Assembly (NCBI GenBank): GCA_963514005.1
Contig: OY740782.1
Span: 67,828,001 to 67,892,000, forward strand
DNA from: Raja brachyura
Taxonomy: Eukaryota
Direction of reading: 5' to 3'
DNA: 64,000 bases
The notes beneath the pieces were generated by a model. It was not told where the DNA came from. It saw only the letters and a program-made list of their open reading frames with translations, and ran no database searches. Position numbers and translations under genes: made by a program. Positions 26,810-40,299 of the stretch are shown piece after piece (positions within the stretch are counted from its first letter, which is position 1; every line of letters starts with the position of its first letter).

Positions 26810-27078
26810 TTAGAATTAAGGGACAGAAGTTTAGGGGTAACATGATGGGGAACTTCTTTACTCAGAGAATGGTAGCGGTGTGGAATGAGCTTCCAGTGGA
26901 AGTGGTGGTGGCAGGTTCGTTGGTATCATTTAAAAATAAATTGGATAGGCATATGGATGAGAAGGGTATGGAGGGTTATGGTATGAGTGCAGGCAGATGG
27001 GACTAAGGGAAAAAAAGTTGTTCGGCACAGACTTGAAGAGCCGAGATGGCCTGTTTCCATGCTGTAATTGTTATATAA
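26810..27078 (+). mobile_element. CR1 3' fragment
   Basis: Near-identical to the reverse complement of 5478-5760. Confidence 0.85.
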
Positions 27079-27457
27079 TTATTTTTTACCAGTACCACAA
27101 CAGCAAAATTATTGCATTGAACAATTAACAAAAAGTCATCAAAAAAATTGGTGAATTTTACAAGCCTGTGAATGTTGTTTAACAACCAGCTAAATTCGGA
27201 AAAGGAATGAACATTGCCCTTTGCAGAAAGCAAGTGATGATAATTAATTTCTGAGGTTACAATGGCCATTTCAGAAACTTGCTACAAATTACAATACTGC
27301 CACCTGCTGTGGGCAACCTGTTCCCGGTGAAAAAACTGGTGGTTCTTTCACCAGATGGCTCACTGAATTAGTACCAGCAGATAAATGGCGTTTCATTTTT
27401 CCACTTATTCCTCAATGCTGCACTGCTGTTCATTAGGCAAGTGGTGAATGTGCAAAA

Positions 27458-27956
27458 CAGGGGTCGGCAACCTACGGCCCCAGGGCCGGATCCAGTCCGT
27501 AACCCGAAATCATCCGGCCTACAGGCGTATTTTTTTTCAATTCGTTTTCGCGACCTGGGAATTGTCCCGGGGCACGCAGGCGATCTGGGAACTGCAGCCA
27601 GTCCCGGGTCACGCAGGCAACTTGGGCGCTGCAGCCGGTCCCGGAGCAGGCGAGCCGACCTGGGAACTGCAGCTGGACCTGGGGCACGAAGGCAATTGGG
27701 CGCTACAGCCAGTCCCGGGACCGGCGAGATGACCTAGGAACTGCAGCCAGTCCCAGGGACGCGAGCTGATCTGGGAACTGCAGCCAGTCCCAGGGCACGC
27801 GAGGGACCTGGGAAGTACAGAAAACGAATTGAAAAACACGTGAAAACGAATGCGAAAAACAACACCAAGTGTCACACAATGGTGATAGATGTGGCCTGCC
27901 ATCCGCTCACAGACATGGGTCCTGGCCCCTATGCAGAACAAGGTTACCGACCCCTG
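27458..27956. mobile_element. hAT-Charlie-like MITE with an internal minisatellite of about 37 bp
   Basis: TIRs CAGGGGTCGGCAACCT / AGGTTACCGACCCCTG; degenerate TSD GTGCAAAA / GTGTAAAG; about 7 CTGGGAACTGCAGCCAGTCCC units at 27555-27815. Confidence 0.85.
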
Positions 27957-28974
27957 GTGTAAAGGAACATTTGGTCAAAGCCTCCAAGATTAGCAAGCTT
28001 TCTACCAAAGATTATAGAGGAGCTCATCTATAATCTTTGCTTTCTATTGCAGCCAGAAGATTCAGCCAGTTGGCAGAATGTGTAGATGCATCTCTTCTCT
28101 CATCACTACCAATTTATCCTTTATTATTTACATAACTTAAAATGTTAACTTTTTACACCGGGCAATTAAACATTTTTGCAATCATAAAATTGGTCGATGA
28201 GAATAAAATTTTAACCATTTAGAAAGACAGAGTCTTTCCATCAGAAAGACAGTCTTTCTGAATGGATTAAGTTTCCTGGGCTTTTCTGGCAACCTTGAAG
28301 GAATGATTGGATCTGTGGACCTATATGGCATATTTGCTCAGTCCTTGCTGACAGATTCACCAGACGATGCTCCCTTTGATGCAAGCGCAGTGATCCCATA
28401 CCTGGGCAGCTAGATAATTAAAAGGGGAATTTCAAATTTGGGCAGTTTTCATTTGTTCAGTGGGAAATGCATACTGGCAAATTTCAGATACCCGAGGTGC
28501 AATTGTGTGACCATGGAATATTCGATTCTTCATGTACATCAGCTAATGCTTTAAAACTTTTTCAAAGTTCAAACCCCACAAAACAATATGAAAATATCCC
28601 ACTCTATTCCACTATAAGAAGCTAACTCCCTAAATTGATAAGCAGGTGATTGTTCATCAAGAGATTATGCATTTTGGAGAAACAAATTGCAGGACTAGTG
28701 CCATGAAAGGATGATGGATGGCAAACACATGGAACTGCTGTTACTAGTTTGCAATTAAAAGACACAAAGTGATAGAATAACTCAGCAGGTCAAGCAGCAT
28801 CTCTGGAGAACATGGACAGGTGATGTCTCGGGTTGGAATCTGAAATGTCACTTATCCATATTCACCAGAGATACTGCTTGACCCGCTGAGATACTCCATC
28901 ACTGTGTGCCTTCTTTGTTAATGATGGACAATGGGTACAGGCTCACTAGAAATTAAAGAAAACAAACTCAATGC

Positions 28975-29525
28975 TAGCATTTATTTCAAGAGGGCTTGTA
29001 TACAAAAACAGGGATGTAATGCTGAGGCTCTATAAGGTGCTGGTAAGGCCGCATTTGGAATATTGTGAGATATTTTGGGCACCATATCTAAGGAAGGATG
29101 TGTTGGATCTGGAGAGGGTCCAGAGGAGGTTTACAGAATGATCCCAGGAATGAGAAGGTTAACCTATGATGAGTGTTTGTCGGCACTGGGCCTGTACTCG
29201 CTGGAGTTTAGAAGAATGAGGGGAACCTCATTGAAACATACAGAATAGTAAAAGGCTTGGATAGAGTGGATGCGGAGAGGGTGTTTCCACTAGTCTAGGA
29301 CTAGAGGTCAGAATTAAAGGATGTTCCTTTAGGGAGGTGAGGAGGATTTTCTGAGAGGGTAGTGAATCTGTGGAATTCTTGCCACATTTTTAAGGCAGAT
29401 AGATAGATTCTTGATTAGTACAGGTGTCAGAGGTTATGGGGAGAAGGCAGGAGAATGTTAGGATGGAGGGATAGATCAGTCATGATTGAATGGCGGAGTA
29501 GACTTGAAGCCCGAATGGCCTCATT
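28975..29525 (+). mobile_element. CR1 LINE 3' fragment (degenerate)
   Basis: LYKVLVRPHLEYC-type sequence followed by the CR1 3' UTR. Confidence 0.85.
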
Positions 29526-29739
29526 CTACTCCTATCACTTATGATCTTCGTAATCCTTCAGTTTGGAAGAACAATGAATAAAAGAAAATCATTTTTGATC
29601 TTAAGACCTGTCAGAATTCTGTGGCTGGCATTGACCTCCAAATGGCAAGAAAACACTTCATAAAAGATAAGATGAAGGTTAACAACTTCCTTATTTTATG
29701 GGGATCTCTAGGAACAAATGATGAACCTTCCGGACACTG

Positions 29740-29997
29740 CTTTAGTTCAGAGATACAATGTGGAAACATCCCCTTCAGATTCCATGCTGACTAGCACTGT
29801 CCTACACACAAGGGATAATTTGCATATTTTACCAAAGCCAATTAGCCTACAAACCCATATGTCTTTAGTTTGTGGGAGAAAACTGGAAAACCCACGTAGT
29901 CATGGTGAGAACGTATAAACTTTGTACACCTGTAGTAAGGATCAAAGCCGGGTTTCTGCCACTCTATTGCTGCTCCACCGTACTGCCTATATTGCTG
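29740..29997 (-). mobile_element. tRNA-derived SINE (HE1/V-SINE-like), degenerate
   Basis: Reverse-complement similarity to 57280-57540 and 59185-59470. Confidence 0.65.
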
Positions 29998-30377
29998 CTC
30001 GCTAAAGGGAGAAAAGTGAAGTTGAGTCACCCATGTATTACCTTCCCCACAGAGCAAGCACTACGAGTCATGGGGAATTCAGATTTTCTAGTCACAGATT
30101 AAGGGGAGTGGGAAGGAAAGTGGAGGCAAGGCAAACATCGATCAGATCAGCCATTATCTTACTGATGGAAAAATAGGTTTGAACGGCCAAACGGCCAATT
30201 CCCGATTCTATTCCTTATGCCCGAATGTGAATAATCTTGCAAGAATCTTGCCTAACATTACGGCAGCAGCTATTGACCAGTCACTGCCCTGTGAGCAAAA
30301 GCATAGCTGCTGAAAAGCGATTGCACAATAACAAACCCAAATTCCCAGAGCTCATTATTTAGTAGTCTTTCATTTCA

Positions 30378-31171
30378 TCCTGGCGTCCTGGTGCCATTGC
30401 AACAACCTGGAGCTCAATGCTCTTAAGACAGTGGAATTGATAGTGGACTTTAGGAGAGCTCCCCCTCCCCTCACTCCCCATCAACAACACCAGCCATATC
30501 TGTGGAGTCTTTTAAGTTCCTGGAACCATCACCTCCAAGGACCTTAAATGGGGGGGCACCATCAACTCCACAGTCAAATAGGCGCAACAGAGGATGTACT
30601 TCCTGCGGCAGCTAAGGAAGCACAATCTGACACAGGCAATGATGGTCCAATTCTATACAGCCATTGTAGAGTCTATCCTCACCTTCTCCATCATGGTCTG
30701 GTTTGGCTCAGCCACCTAGCACAACATCTAGAGACTGCATCGAATCGTCCGATCAGCAGAGAAGGTTATTGGCTACAACCCTCCCTCCATTGACGAACTG
30801 TACACTGCAAGGGTCAGGAAGCGAGCGGGTAAGATCATCACTGACCCCTCTCACCCTGGCCACAAACTCTTTGAATCACTTCCCTCTGGAAGGCGACTCT
30901 GGACTGTCAAAGCTGCAACAGCCAGACATAAAAACAGCTTTTTTCCCCACAAGTAGTAGCTCTACTCAATAACCAAAAATCTGGAGCCTCCTTTTGCTCT
31001 AGTATTTTATTTAATTCACATGTTTAATCAATAATGTTTTATTATTAATGTTTAATGTTTTATGTGTCATTCCTAACTGTCACTGTATGTCATGTTGTCA
31101 CTTGTGGGTGGAGCACCAAGGCAAATTCCTTGTATGTGAATACTTGGCCAATATACGTATTCATTCATTCA
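30378..31171 (+). mobile_element. Rex1/Babar-like LINE 3' fragment
   Basis: WCHCNNLELNALKTVELIVDFR and HPGHKLFESLPSGRR motifs, ending in a (TTCA)n tail. Confidence 0.8.
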
Positions 31172-31451
31172 TGTCACAAGTTCTATTTGCTGACCATAAT
31201 CTACTTTCATCTGCATGGAGCTTAAATGAGGTATAGCATAGTTAAAAGTTGACATTCCGTTTATTTTATGCACATCCAATTTAAAAGGTTGTACATTGTA
31301 CAAAACCTATGGACTGGCTCCACTTTGTGCTTAAATGCAGTGAACAAGCATTGAAATGTGAGGAGTGAAATGACAATTTTGGACTCCTGATGATGCAGAG
31401 CTCCTAGTCTTTGATAGTTTATTTCAAGATTTTATCATTGTAATCCCTTAC

Positions 31452-31721
31452 CTGATCCAGTCCACAAGTGTTGCCGACATGATTCAAATGATTTTTCATG
31501 AACTGATAAGGGTTAGTAGAAGTATCACGAGCAAACATCAGCCAGCAGAATAGAGGGACGTCTTTTTCTTGCACTTTATTGCAGTCGAGTTCAATAGCCT
31601 TAGCCAACATCATAATTTTCACAGCTTCAAACATTGTGTACTGCTCTGTATCGGTCTGGAACAGTTCTTCACAGGCAGCCTTTCTTTCTTCCCAGGAATC
31701 CATTTCACATAAATGAGTGCA
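31452..31721 (-). CDS. OTULIN: OTULIN coding exon (270 nt)
   Basis: cattag|TGC...GATCAG|gtaagg, phase 0/0. Reads CTHLCEMDSWEERKAACEELF...LMFARDTSTNPYQFMKNHLNHVGNTCGLDQ. Confidence 0.95.
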
Positions 31722-32229
31722 CTAATGATGGTGACAAGAAGGGGCAGAGGGAAAAGTTAAAATCACAACGCATCAATTATGTAACCAGTGAGCTTTGCAA
31801 ATTCCTGTTGTCAACAATTGAAAATTGATCACAAATTTTACACATGCACAATAATAACATACAAACTATGGGAATAGAATGCCAAATGCTCAAATTTGTT
31901 CCACCATTCTATAAGAGCATGACTAACCAATTGTTGCCCCGACTCCTTTAAAATCCAAAAATCTATCTCAGCTTTGAATATATCTAATTAGTCTCATCTA
32001 TAGTTCTCTGGTGTACAGAATTTCAGAGATTTACAGCTTCAGCTCAGTCGAAATTATACCCCTCATTCTAGATTCCCCTTATATCTATCCTTCAATCAAC
32101 ATTCAAGAAATTGCCTAGCACTCTTCTAAATTCCAGAGAGCTTAAGCTCAATTTACAAAATTATTCTGCATAAAAGAACACTTCCTCCCAAGAATAAATC
32201 TTTTGAGCCTTTGTGTTTCTGTTCCAAGG

Positions 32230-32230
<1 letters not shown>

Positions 32231-32290
<60 letters not shown>
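32231..32290. repeat. (TA)n(TG)n microsatellite
   Basis: Directly visible. Confidence 0.98.
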
Positions 32291-32454
32291 ACACCTGGTG
32301 CAGGACTTTTTGCAGTCCTTCCTTCTTGCAATAAAAATTAATCCAAATTATCCTAAATACCACCATATTAAACCTCGCCATCCAAACTAATATTCTGCCT
32401 TTTTTATTCTTCCTACTAAAATGGAATACTTTACTCGCATTATATACGATAATT

Positions 32455-33775
32455 TGATACCGAGATGTCCTCTTTATTTAGTAAACGTGGTTCGCCCCCG
32501 CTGTCATAAATAGATCCCTCATCTGGGTCGCCTGTTTCCCGTAGTTCTGCTTCTTTACCCCCCATACTTGATGGAACAAGAATAGAGTTTCTCTGGTCTG
32601 CACCTTGCACCCCACCAGCCTCTACATCCAACATATCATGCTCAGACATTTCCATCACCTTCAATGTGATCGTACCACCAGTCACAACTTCCCATCCCCT
32701 TTTTGTCTTCATTCAGAGACAGAGCCAGCTGCCCCTGCAACTTCATGGTTCAATCATCTCTTCCCATGCATTTCACCCCATTTACTTCCCCCTGCGACCG
32801 CAGGAGATGTACCATCTGTCCCTATAGCTCTTCCCTCACCTCCATCCCCTTCAGTTCTTCCAGGCAGGCTGGATCAACCATTAAGCAAAATAAGCGCGTG
32901 CTTAGGGCATCAAGGGAAGGGGGGCACCACAGAAAGTAGGAGAAAACTTTTCAAATATAAATAAAGTGGAAGTATATAAAAATAAACATTATTTTCCATC
33001 TTACTGTTAGTTTTGTTTCATTTTGAAAAATAAAAATGTATTTTATGGTTTATTATTGTTTATATTTTGAATTACATATATATGGGGGTACCAAAATCTT
33101 TTAAGTGCTTAGGGCCTCTATGGGTCTTAATCCGGCCCTGCTTCCAGGCAGGTGCACCTCCTCTAACCTCATCTACTGCATCTAGTAAAGTGGCTTCCTT
33201 TACTTTGGCCAAACCAAGCATGGAGTCGGCGACCTTTTCACCAAACATTTGAGCTTAGTCTACCAAGGTCTGCTGGATCTCCTGGTTGCCAACCATTTTA
33301 GCTCCCCTTCCCATGCTGACTTTTCTGTCCTGGGTCTTCACCATTGCCTGAGTGAGGCCACATGCAAACTGGAGGAACAACACCTCATATTCTGCTTGGG
33401 TTGGTTACAATCCAACGGTTTGAACATTGAATTCTCCAATTTTGGGTAACTAACCTCTAAAACCACATCATCCACTCCCTGGTCCCCACTTCTTCCCTGC
33501 ACACCAATTTCTCCCCTCCCCTTCCACATATTCCTTCCTCTAGCTTTAAAATTCGCACCTTCTCTCCTTATCTCACACATTTCACCTCTGTCCTTTGTGC
33601 AACCATCTACCCATCACTCACAAGACTTTGTCCTGCCCCCACTATTACCAGTGTGGGGAAGGATGCCACCCCAAAATGTTACCTATCCATGTTCACCTAA
33701 AATGCTGACTGACATGCTGAGTTACTCCAGCACTTTGTCTTTCTTTGTAAACCAGCATCTGCAGTTCTTTGTTTC
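32455..33775 (+). mobile_element. Penelope-like 3' fragment interrupted by a MITE
   Basis: CKLEEQHLIFCLGWLQSNGLNIEFSNF followed by a pLTR. Confidence 0.8.
32865..33140. mobile_element. hAT-like MITE
   Basis: Termini CAGG.. / ..CCCTG; exact 8-bp TSD CTTCCAGG (32857-32864 and 33141-33148). Confidence 0.82.
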
Positions 33776-35789
33776 TAAAATCATTTGGTGCTTCCGCTCA
33801 CAAACTAACATTCCCATCTAAATTTGAAACATCAGCAAATTTGGATAGAATTTACATTTACCTCCATGGATATATATATATACACACATACATACAAAAA
33901 CACTTGTAATGTGTGCAAGTGTAAAAAATCACAATTGTTAAGCGTTGACAAGTCTCTTCAGGTCAATAGAGCAAATATTATTCACTCATGGAATACGATC
34001 AACACAATCCTTCCAAGACTTTCTACTGTTGCTGTAATGTAATCAGAATCCCTTAAGTCCAGCCTAATTTGAATTTACCCACAACTTTGGTTGTACGTAT
34101 AAACACACTAGACTCAGTTTTACATCTAATAAGCATAGTAGACGTTAGTACTTTAGAAGTGTTTGTTTTTTGTTTGGGGCAATACAATGGAAATTTAAAC
34201 ATTAACACGGATAATAAACTATTTCAGAAGTGTCATGCTAACAACCATGCATGAACTTTAAAAAAAAAAAAATGGGAAAAACACACAAAAAGCATTTCAT
34301 CTGTCAGTACACTGAAGCAACAATTCAACAAAGTTCATTAAGCAGCCACATGGTTGCACATAAAATCACTGAAGAAAGTGTTGTTTTAAGCAGCAAAGCA
34401 TGCCATAACTTTGGGGACTGCAAGCATCACCTCGAACCTGATCTGGTCCTCACCAAAATTGTTTTCCCTTAAAAAGCCTCAGCCACCACTTCCTCTCCCC
34501 TTGACTCAAAGGCATCCTACTGGGAGATGCACTAATACACAAGAACACAATACATTAATGATTATGATGAATAGGCATAACTTAATGATTCAGGACAAAC
34601 AATACAGGAAATGTGTGTAATACTCAGCAATTACAGTCAGGCAGAGAAAAAGAGCCAAATGGATGCTCTTCTATCAAAACTAGGAACAGTTTAGCAAGTA
34701 TACATTAACGGGGGAGATGAGGAGAGCGATTAGGTCTGCAATAGGGTTGGCAGCAGAGACCAAGGGACAAAAGTAGTAATAGTGAAACATTAAGAGGAGG
34801 AGCAATGCAAAATAATTATCTTTTCACACCCCCTTACTTGACCTGCTGGAGTATTTCAAAGATTAAAATTTTATTTAATTTACAAATAATAGTTATGCAA
34901 TTTCCTTAACAAATAACATGATTGAAATGTTTAAAATTTCCACCCTCTTTGATATTTTCTCACTGTTCATAACTGTGATTTAAGGAAGCAATCAGAAAGA
35001 TATACAGATTGCAGATCTACACAGATAAAAAGCACAGGTAATACTTGTGGGCCAAAATAGATTCAATTGTGGATAACACATCGCACAGGATCGTAATTCC
35101 ACAAATACATCAAATTTAGCAGAGTCAAAAGTGGCATAATTAAAGGACTAACAGGGAATCAGGGAAAAATTACCCGGATGGAAGTGTCAAAATAAGAGGG
35201 AATAATGTTAAGAGTCCCTAATGTTTAATTGTCATATGTACCGAATCAGAACAATGGAATTCTTACTTGACAAAATTAGAAAATGAGAAACTCCACAAAC
35301 TAGATATGTGAGAGGGAACTGCAGATGCTGGTTTACACCGAAGATAGACACAAAATGCTGGAGTAAATCGGCGGATCCAGCAGCATCTCTGGAGAAAAGG
35401 AATAAGTGACATTTTGGGTTGACTGCCGGACCCACTGAGTTATTCCAGCATTTAGTGTCTAACTTCACCAGCTAGAAATTGGAGATGTAGAAAAACACTT
35501 AGCAGGTAAGGCAGCATGAGTGGAAAGAGAATGAGAGTTAATGTCAGGTTGAAGAGCGTTCATTAGAAGTTGGAGCTGGGTTATTCACACATAGTCGAGA
35601 AACACTTCTTCACAAAAGGGCAAGGATCGAAACAACTCAAATTTCAAACCGGTCAGTTGTAATTCGGACACTGCCAATTTAACCTTTGAACTCCTTTGAA
35701 GCTGGATCAATCGAAATTCCTTTTATGAATAGATCAAATTGTGGTAGAAAATCCAAGGAGAGATAGCTGACTAGAAGGCAGCAGAGGCT

Positions 35790-36730
35790 GATGGTGGAAG
35801 ATAGCTTTTCGGACTGGTCTGAACCTAGTGGTGTGCCTCCATGCTGGTGCCATTGTTGTTTGTCATCTCTATCAATAATTTGGATGAGAACGTGCGAGGC
35901 ATGAATAGCAAGTTTGCAGATGACACTAAAGTGGGTGGTATTGTAGATAGTGAAGATGGTTCTGAAAAATTGCTGTAGGATTTTGATCAATTTGGCAGGT
36001 ATTCTGAGGAACAGCTGATAGAATCTAATAGAAATAAATGTGAGGTGTTGCATTTTGGGAAGTCTAACAAGGGCAGGACCTACACAGTGAATGGTAGGGA
36101 TCTGTGTACTGTTGTAGAGCAGAGGGATCTAAAAGTGCAGGTACATGGTCCAAAAGGCTTTTGGCACTTTGGCCTTCAGCAGTCAGAGTATTGAGTTAGA
36201 AGTTGGGAGGTCATGTTAAAGTTATACAATACATTTAGAGTAGATTTGGTCACCCTGTTGTAGGAAAGATGTTGTTGAGCAGAGCAGATTTATGAGGACG
36301 TTGCCAGGACTTAAGGGCCTGAGCTATATGGAGAGGTTGAGCAGGCTAGGACTTTATAACTTGGAGTGCAGGAGAATGAGGGGTGATCTTATAGATGTGT
36401 AGATCATGAGAGAAATAGATAGGCTAAACGCACAGAGTCTTTTACCCATAGTAGGGAATCGAGAACCAAAGAACATAGTTTTAAGGTGAGGGGGAAAAGA
36501 TTAAATAGGAACCTGTGGGGTGACTTTTGGTTTTTACACAAAATACGGTAGTTGAGGCAGGTACTATCACAACTTTTAAGAAATATTTTGACAGGTACAT
36601 GGATAGGATAGGTTTAGAGGGTTATGGGCCAAGCTTGGGCAGGTGGGACTAGTGTAGATGGGGCATGTTGGTCGGCGTGGGCAAGTTGCACTGAAAGACC
36701 TGTTTCCATACTGCATGACTTTGACTCTCT
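35790..36730 (+). mobile_element. CR1 LINE fragment (older)
   Basis: SKFADDTKVGG motif through to the 3' UTR, with many disruptions. Confidence 0.85.
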
Positions 36731-36939
36731 GAAAGACCACAATACAACTGAATGGCAGAAAGCAATCAAGGGGCTGAATTCCCTAATATTCTCTGAGTTA
36801 GCTGTCCATTAACTTGAATTTTCTATTTAAAATAGGCATTTAAGAGCAAAATAATGTAGAATGGTTTTGGACATTTCAACATTTTTGTTTGTTAACACTG
36901 AGCAATTATTATATAGCATAAATTAACAGAATTATGCAC

Positions 36940-37065
36940 CTTGTCTTTCAATGCCATCAAATATCCACTCAAGAGTTTCACAGGATTTTCATCCCCAGAG
37001 TCATGAACGCTAAAATACCACTGCTTAATCCAGATATGTTTTTCTCCAATGAGTTTATCTGGTAT
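36940..37065 (-). CDS. OTULIN: OTULIN coding exon (126 nt)
   Basis: ttctag|ATA...AAG|gtgcat, phase 0/0. Reads IPDKLIGEKHIWIKQWYFSVHDSGDENPVKLLSGYLMALKDK (human LPEKLISKYNWIKQW...). Confidence 0.93.
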
Positions 37066-37926
37066 CTAGAAAGGAGAATAATTGAATTGATTCTGAATGT
37101 TGCAATGAAACAATAATAAATCAGTTGTTTCAATATCAATACCTGTTTAAAATGATATGGATATCCTAACACATAGCAAGAACAATGACGTGGAAATCAT
37201 AGACAATATCTAAAATCTCTGCAGGTACGGAACTCAAAGGTTCTGTACCTGCTTTGAGACGGAAACCCATTACTGGACTCCTCAGCCTCTGGATACTTCC
37301 TCTCCATAGTCTAACATTCCAGAAACGTTATACGTTTCGATTAGATCACTTCTCATTCTTTTAAACTCTTAATAAGATCTATGTGTTCTTCTTCTTCTGG
37401 GGAAGTGGGCCAGCCTACTCGAACTCTTCTCACATAACTGACCAGTTATCCCAGAATCCAGTATAGTGAAAAACTTTCTCTAAATCTTCTAAAATATAAA
37501 CCTTCTTTTAGGGAAGGAGATTAACTTTGTCACATAAAGGAAAACAACAATCACTTTTGTTAAAAGCTAATGAGTGGTTAGGATTTGAATACCCAACATA
37601 AAGGATACTGGACACAGAGTAATCTTAACTTTCAAATATGTGAGCACAAATATGGCATGGTTCGAGAACAAAGCACAGAGCAAAGCCGTGCAATTCATTC
37701 AGTGAAAAAGTTGGTACCAACTTGAATGGCTTGCCTCTGTATGGTTGGACTCGGTAAATCATAACTTTCATTACCCAACACAAATTACTTTCAAATATAA
37801 ATTTCATGTGATAAAACACAATTCTAATTACATAACAATGATTTAAGCTGAGGAAACCTTCTGGTCAAGACACAGAAAAAGTGAATAGATGGATAGATTG
37901 AACAATAACCGCATACACGGAAATAC

Positions 37927-38067
37927 CTGGTCCAGATCATCCTGTTGCAGGCATGGAAGTTTTTCAGCACTATGCAATGCTTGAAATAGTGTGGCTCTCA
38001 GAGCACAATAATTATCACCCCGAACTCTGCGTATGGAATTGAAATCTTCACATACAGCTGCATAGGC
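37927..38067 (-). CDS. OTULIN: OTULIN coding exon with catalytic Cys (141 nt)
   Basis: aaacag|GCC...CAG|gtattt. Reads [33 protein letters not shown]..., where GDNYC carries the Cys129 equivalent. Confidence 0.96.
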
Positions 38068-39159
38068 CTGTTTAAAAAAAAAGTTGATTCTTTTTAAACT
38101 TCAGGTTTATCGCTGGTTTTGAAAGGCAAGTTTGAATTGGAAGAGGACAGGCCAAGGGTTGATCAGCAAGATGACTTGGCAACGATCTCAAGTTCCTGGT
38201 GCACAGCAGTTGAGTTAGAATTGCACCTAAGAGTTCAGGGAATGTGAATGTGTTGATTGCAGTAGCCATCACATGCTGCACTGTAAGATCTGAGAAAGCT
38301 TCTACAATTTAAAAATAACAACAATAACAAACAAGTATCAGAGAAAATGGACTCGGCAAACCCAGATCATCATTCAAAATGAATATTGATTGGTTTCCCA
38401 ACTTGATAAGGCACAGGATCACAAAATTATCAAAATATTATGCATCATAATAACCTAAGCAGATTGTGAACAAATACAACTAGCATTTATATAGTTCTGC
38501 TAACTGTACAAAACATCTGAAATTACTTCAATGGTGCAGCACAAGCATAATTTTCCTTTAGATCTCAAGGAAGTTTGAGGCACAAGGAAACGTTTGAGCA
38601 AAGAAGTAGTTTTAAGAAGGACAGAGCTTACAACCCAGGCAGCTGAAGTCACGTTCATTAATGGTGGAGCAATTAAAATTGGCAATACATAAGAGTTCAG
38701 AAATAGAGCAGCACCAAGATCTTGCACATGTACCAGCCTGATTATTATTATTTCTGAAGGGAAGCTAGAGCCATGCAGGCATTTGGAAACATTAAGAATG
38801 CAATAACTGAGCTGTCATGATTACATGGGTTACATGCGAGAATGGAGATCAGAGTACGAAAAGAAGAATTAGCTCAATATTTTGGAGGGTAGAGGAAAGC
38901 ACAGTTTTGGAACTGAATTAATAAGGAGATTGGTGATGGATTTAAAAAGAGATAAACTGAACCACAGGTGGATTGGAGAGCTGAATGCTCAGCAGCAGTT
39001 CAAATACAGGAGTTTGTTTGCAAACCCTGTGGTTCACCTTCAGACAATTGCCAGGAGCAGCATTCAGTCAAAAACCAAGACCAGATGTTGTGCTAGAAAT
39101 ATTTAATTTGATAAAATATCCTTCAAAGACCAAATAATAAAAATAAAGTAACTACTGAC

Positions 39160-39263
39160 ATTTCTTATCAGCTGGGCTTTTGCTGTGTTTCCTTTCCATT
39201 CTCTAGTACAATATTCCAAAATGGCCATGCTGGGTTCAATAGTGGACCTCTCTGAGGCAACTG
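39160..39263 (-). CDS. OTULIN: OTULIN coding exon (104 nt, NAGNAG acceptor)
   Basis: ttttcag|CAG...AAT|gtcagt, phase 1 to 0. Reads VASERSTIEPSMAILEYCTREWKGNTAKAQLIRN (human DYCKKEWRGNTQKA). Confidence 0.92.
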
Positions 39264-40266
39264 CTGAAAAATAAAGTCATTTGAAAGAAAGTCATTTCTC
39301 TCCTTTAGCAAATTATATGAACCATCTGGAATACTAAACATAAATTTTCTTGCAGGATATTGCATGAATTCTTGCTTTGATTAGAACAGATGTCAAAGGT
39401 GATGGGAAGAAGGAAGGATAATGGGATTAGGAGGCAGAGATCAGCCATGATTGAATGGCGGGGTAGACTTGATGGCCCGAATGGCCCAATACTACTCCTA
39501 TATCTTGTGGACTTATGTTACATGATAATCTCATAAATGGAAAGAGAACAGTACAATTTCAACTGGATGCAAAGATTGTTAATCACGTGTTCAAATTCTC
39601 CTTCAGATCTAACACAGGCAGATTCCCTTCTACGATACGATACGTTAGAACTTTATTTCTCAGAGGCAATTCTTGGAGGCACTATATTTTGGTTGTTACT
39701 TGGTTGTTACTAAAGGGTGGTGAATCTGTGGAATTCATTGTCACAGAAGGCTGTGGAGGCCAAGTCAATGAACATTTTTAAGGCCAAGCTGGATAGATTC
39801 GTGATTAGTAGGGGTGTCAGGGGTTATGGGGAGAAAGCAGGAGAATGTGGTTGGGAGGGAGAGATGGATCAGCCATGATTGAATGGCAGAGTAGACTTGA
39901 TGGACCGAATGGCCTAATTCTGCTCCAATTATTTAGGACCTTATGAACTGAATCTCGAGTCACCTGTAGGTGAATATTTAAGAACAGGCCATTCTTTTTT
40001 ATTGAAGATAGGCACAAAATAATGGAGTAACTCAGTGGGTCAGAAAGCATCTTTGGAGAAAAAGGACGGGTGACATTTTGGGTCAGGACCCTTCTTCAGA
40101 CTTAGGTGCAGGGGGTGGTGGAGGGAGGGAGGTGTGGGTGCGGTGGGTTGAAGAGCAGGAGGCGAGAAAAGACCATGACAAATCAAGGCCAGCCAGAAAC
40201 AACCTGGTAAGCCCATTGTTGGCTGGAGACGGTGTGATCTCAAGAGGAAAACAAAAGAGTGTGTGT

Positions 40267-40299
<33 letters not shown>

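Noticed and set aside
27555-27815. CRISPR-like repeat array
   Set aside because: Units are contiguous and degenerate with no unique spacers, they lie inside a TIR/TSD-bounded MITE, there are no cas genes, and the DNA is eukaryotic.
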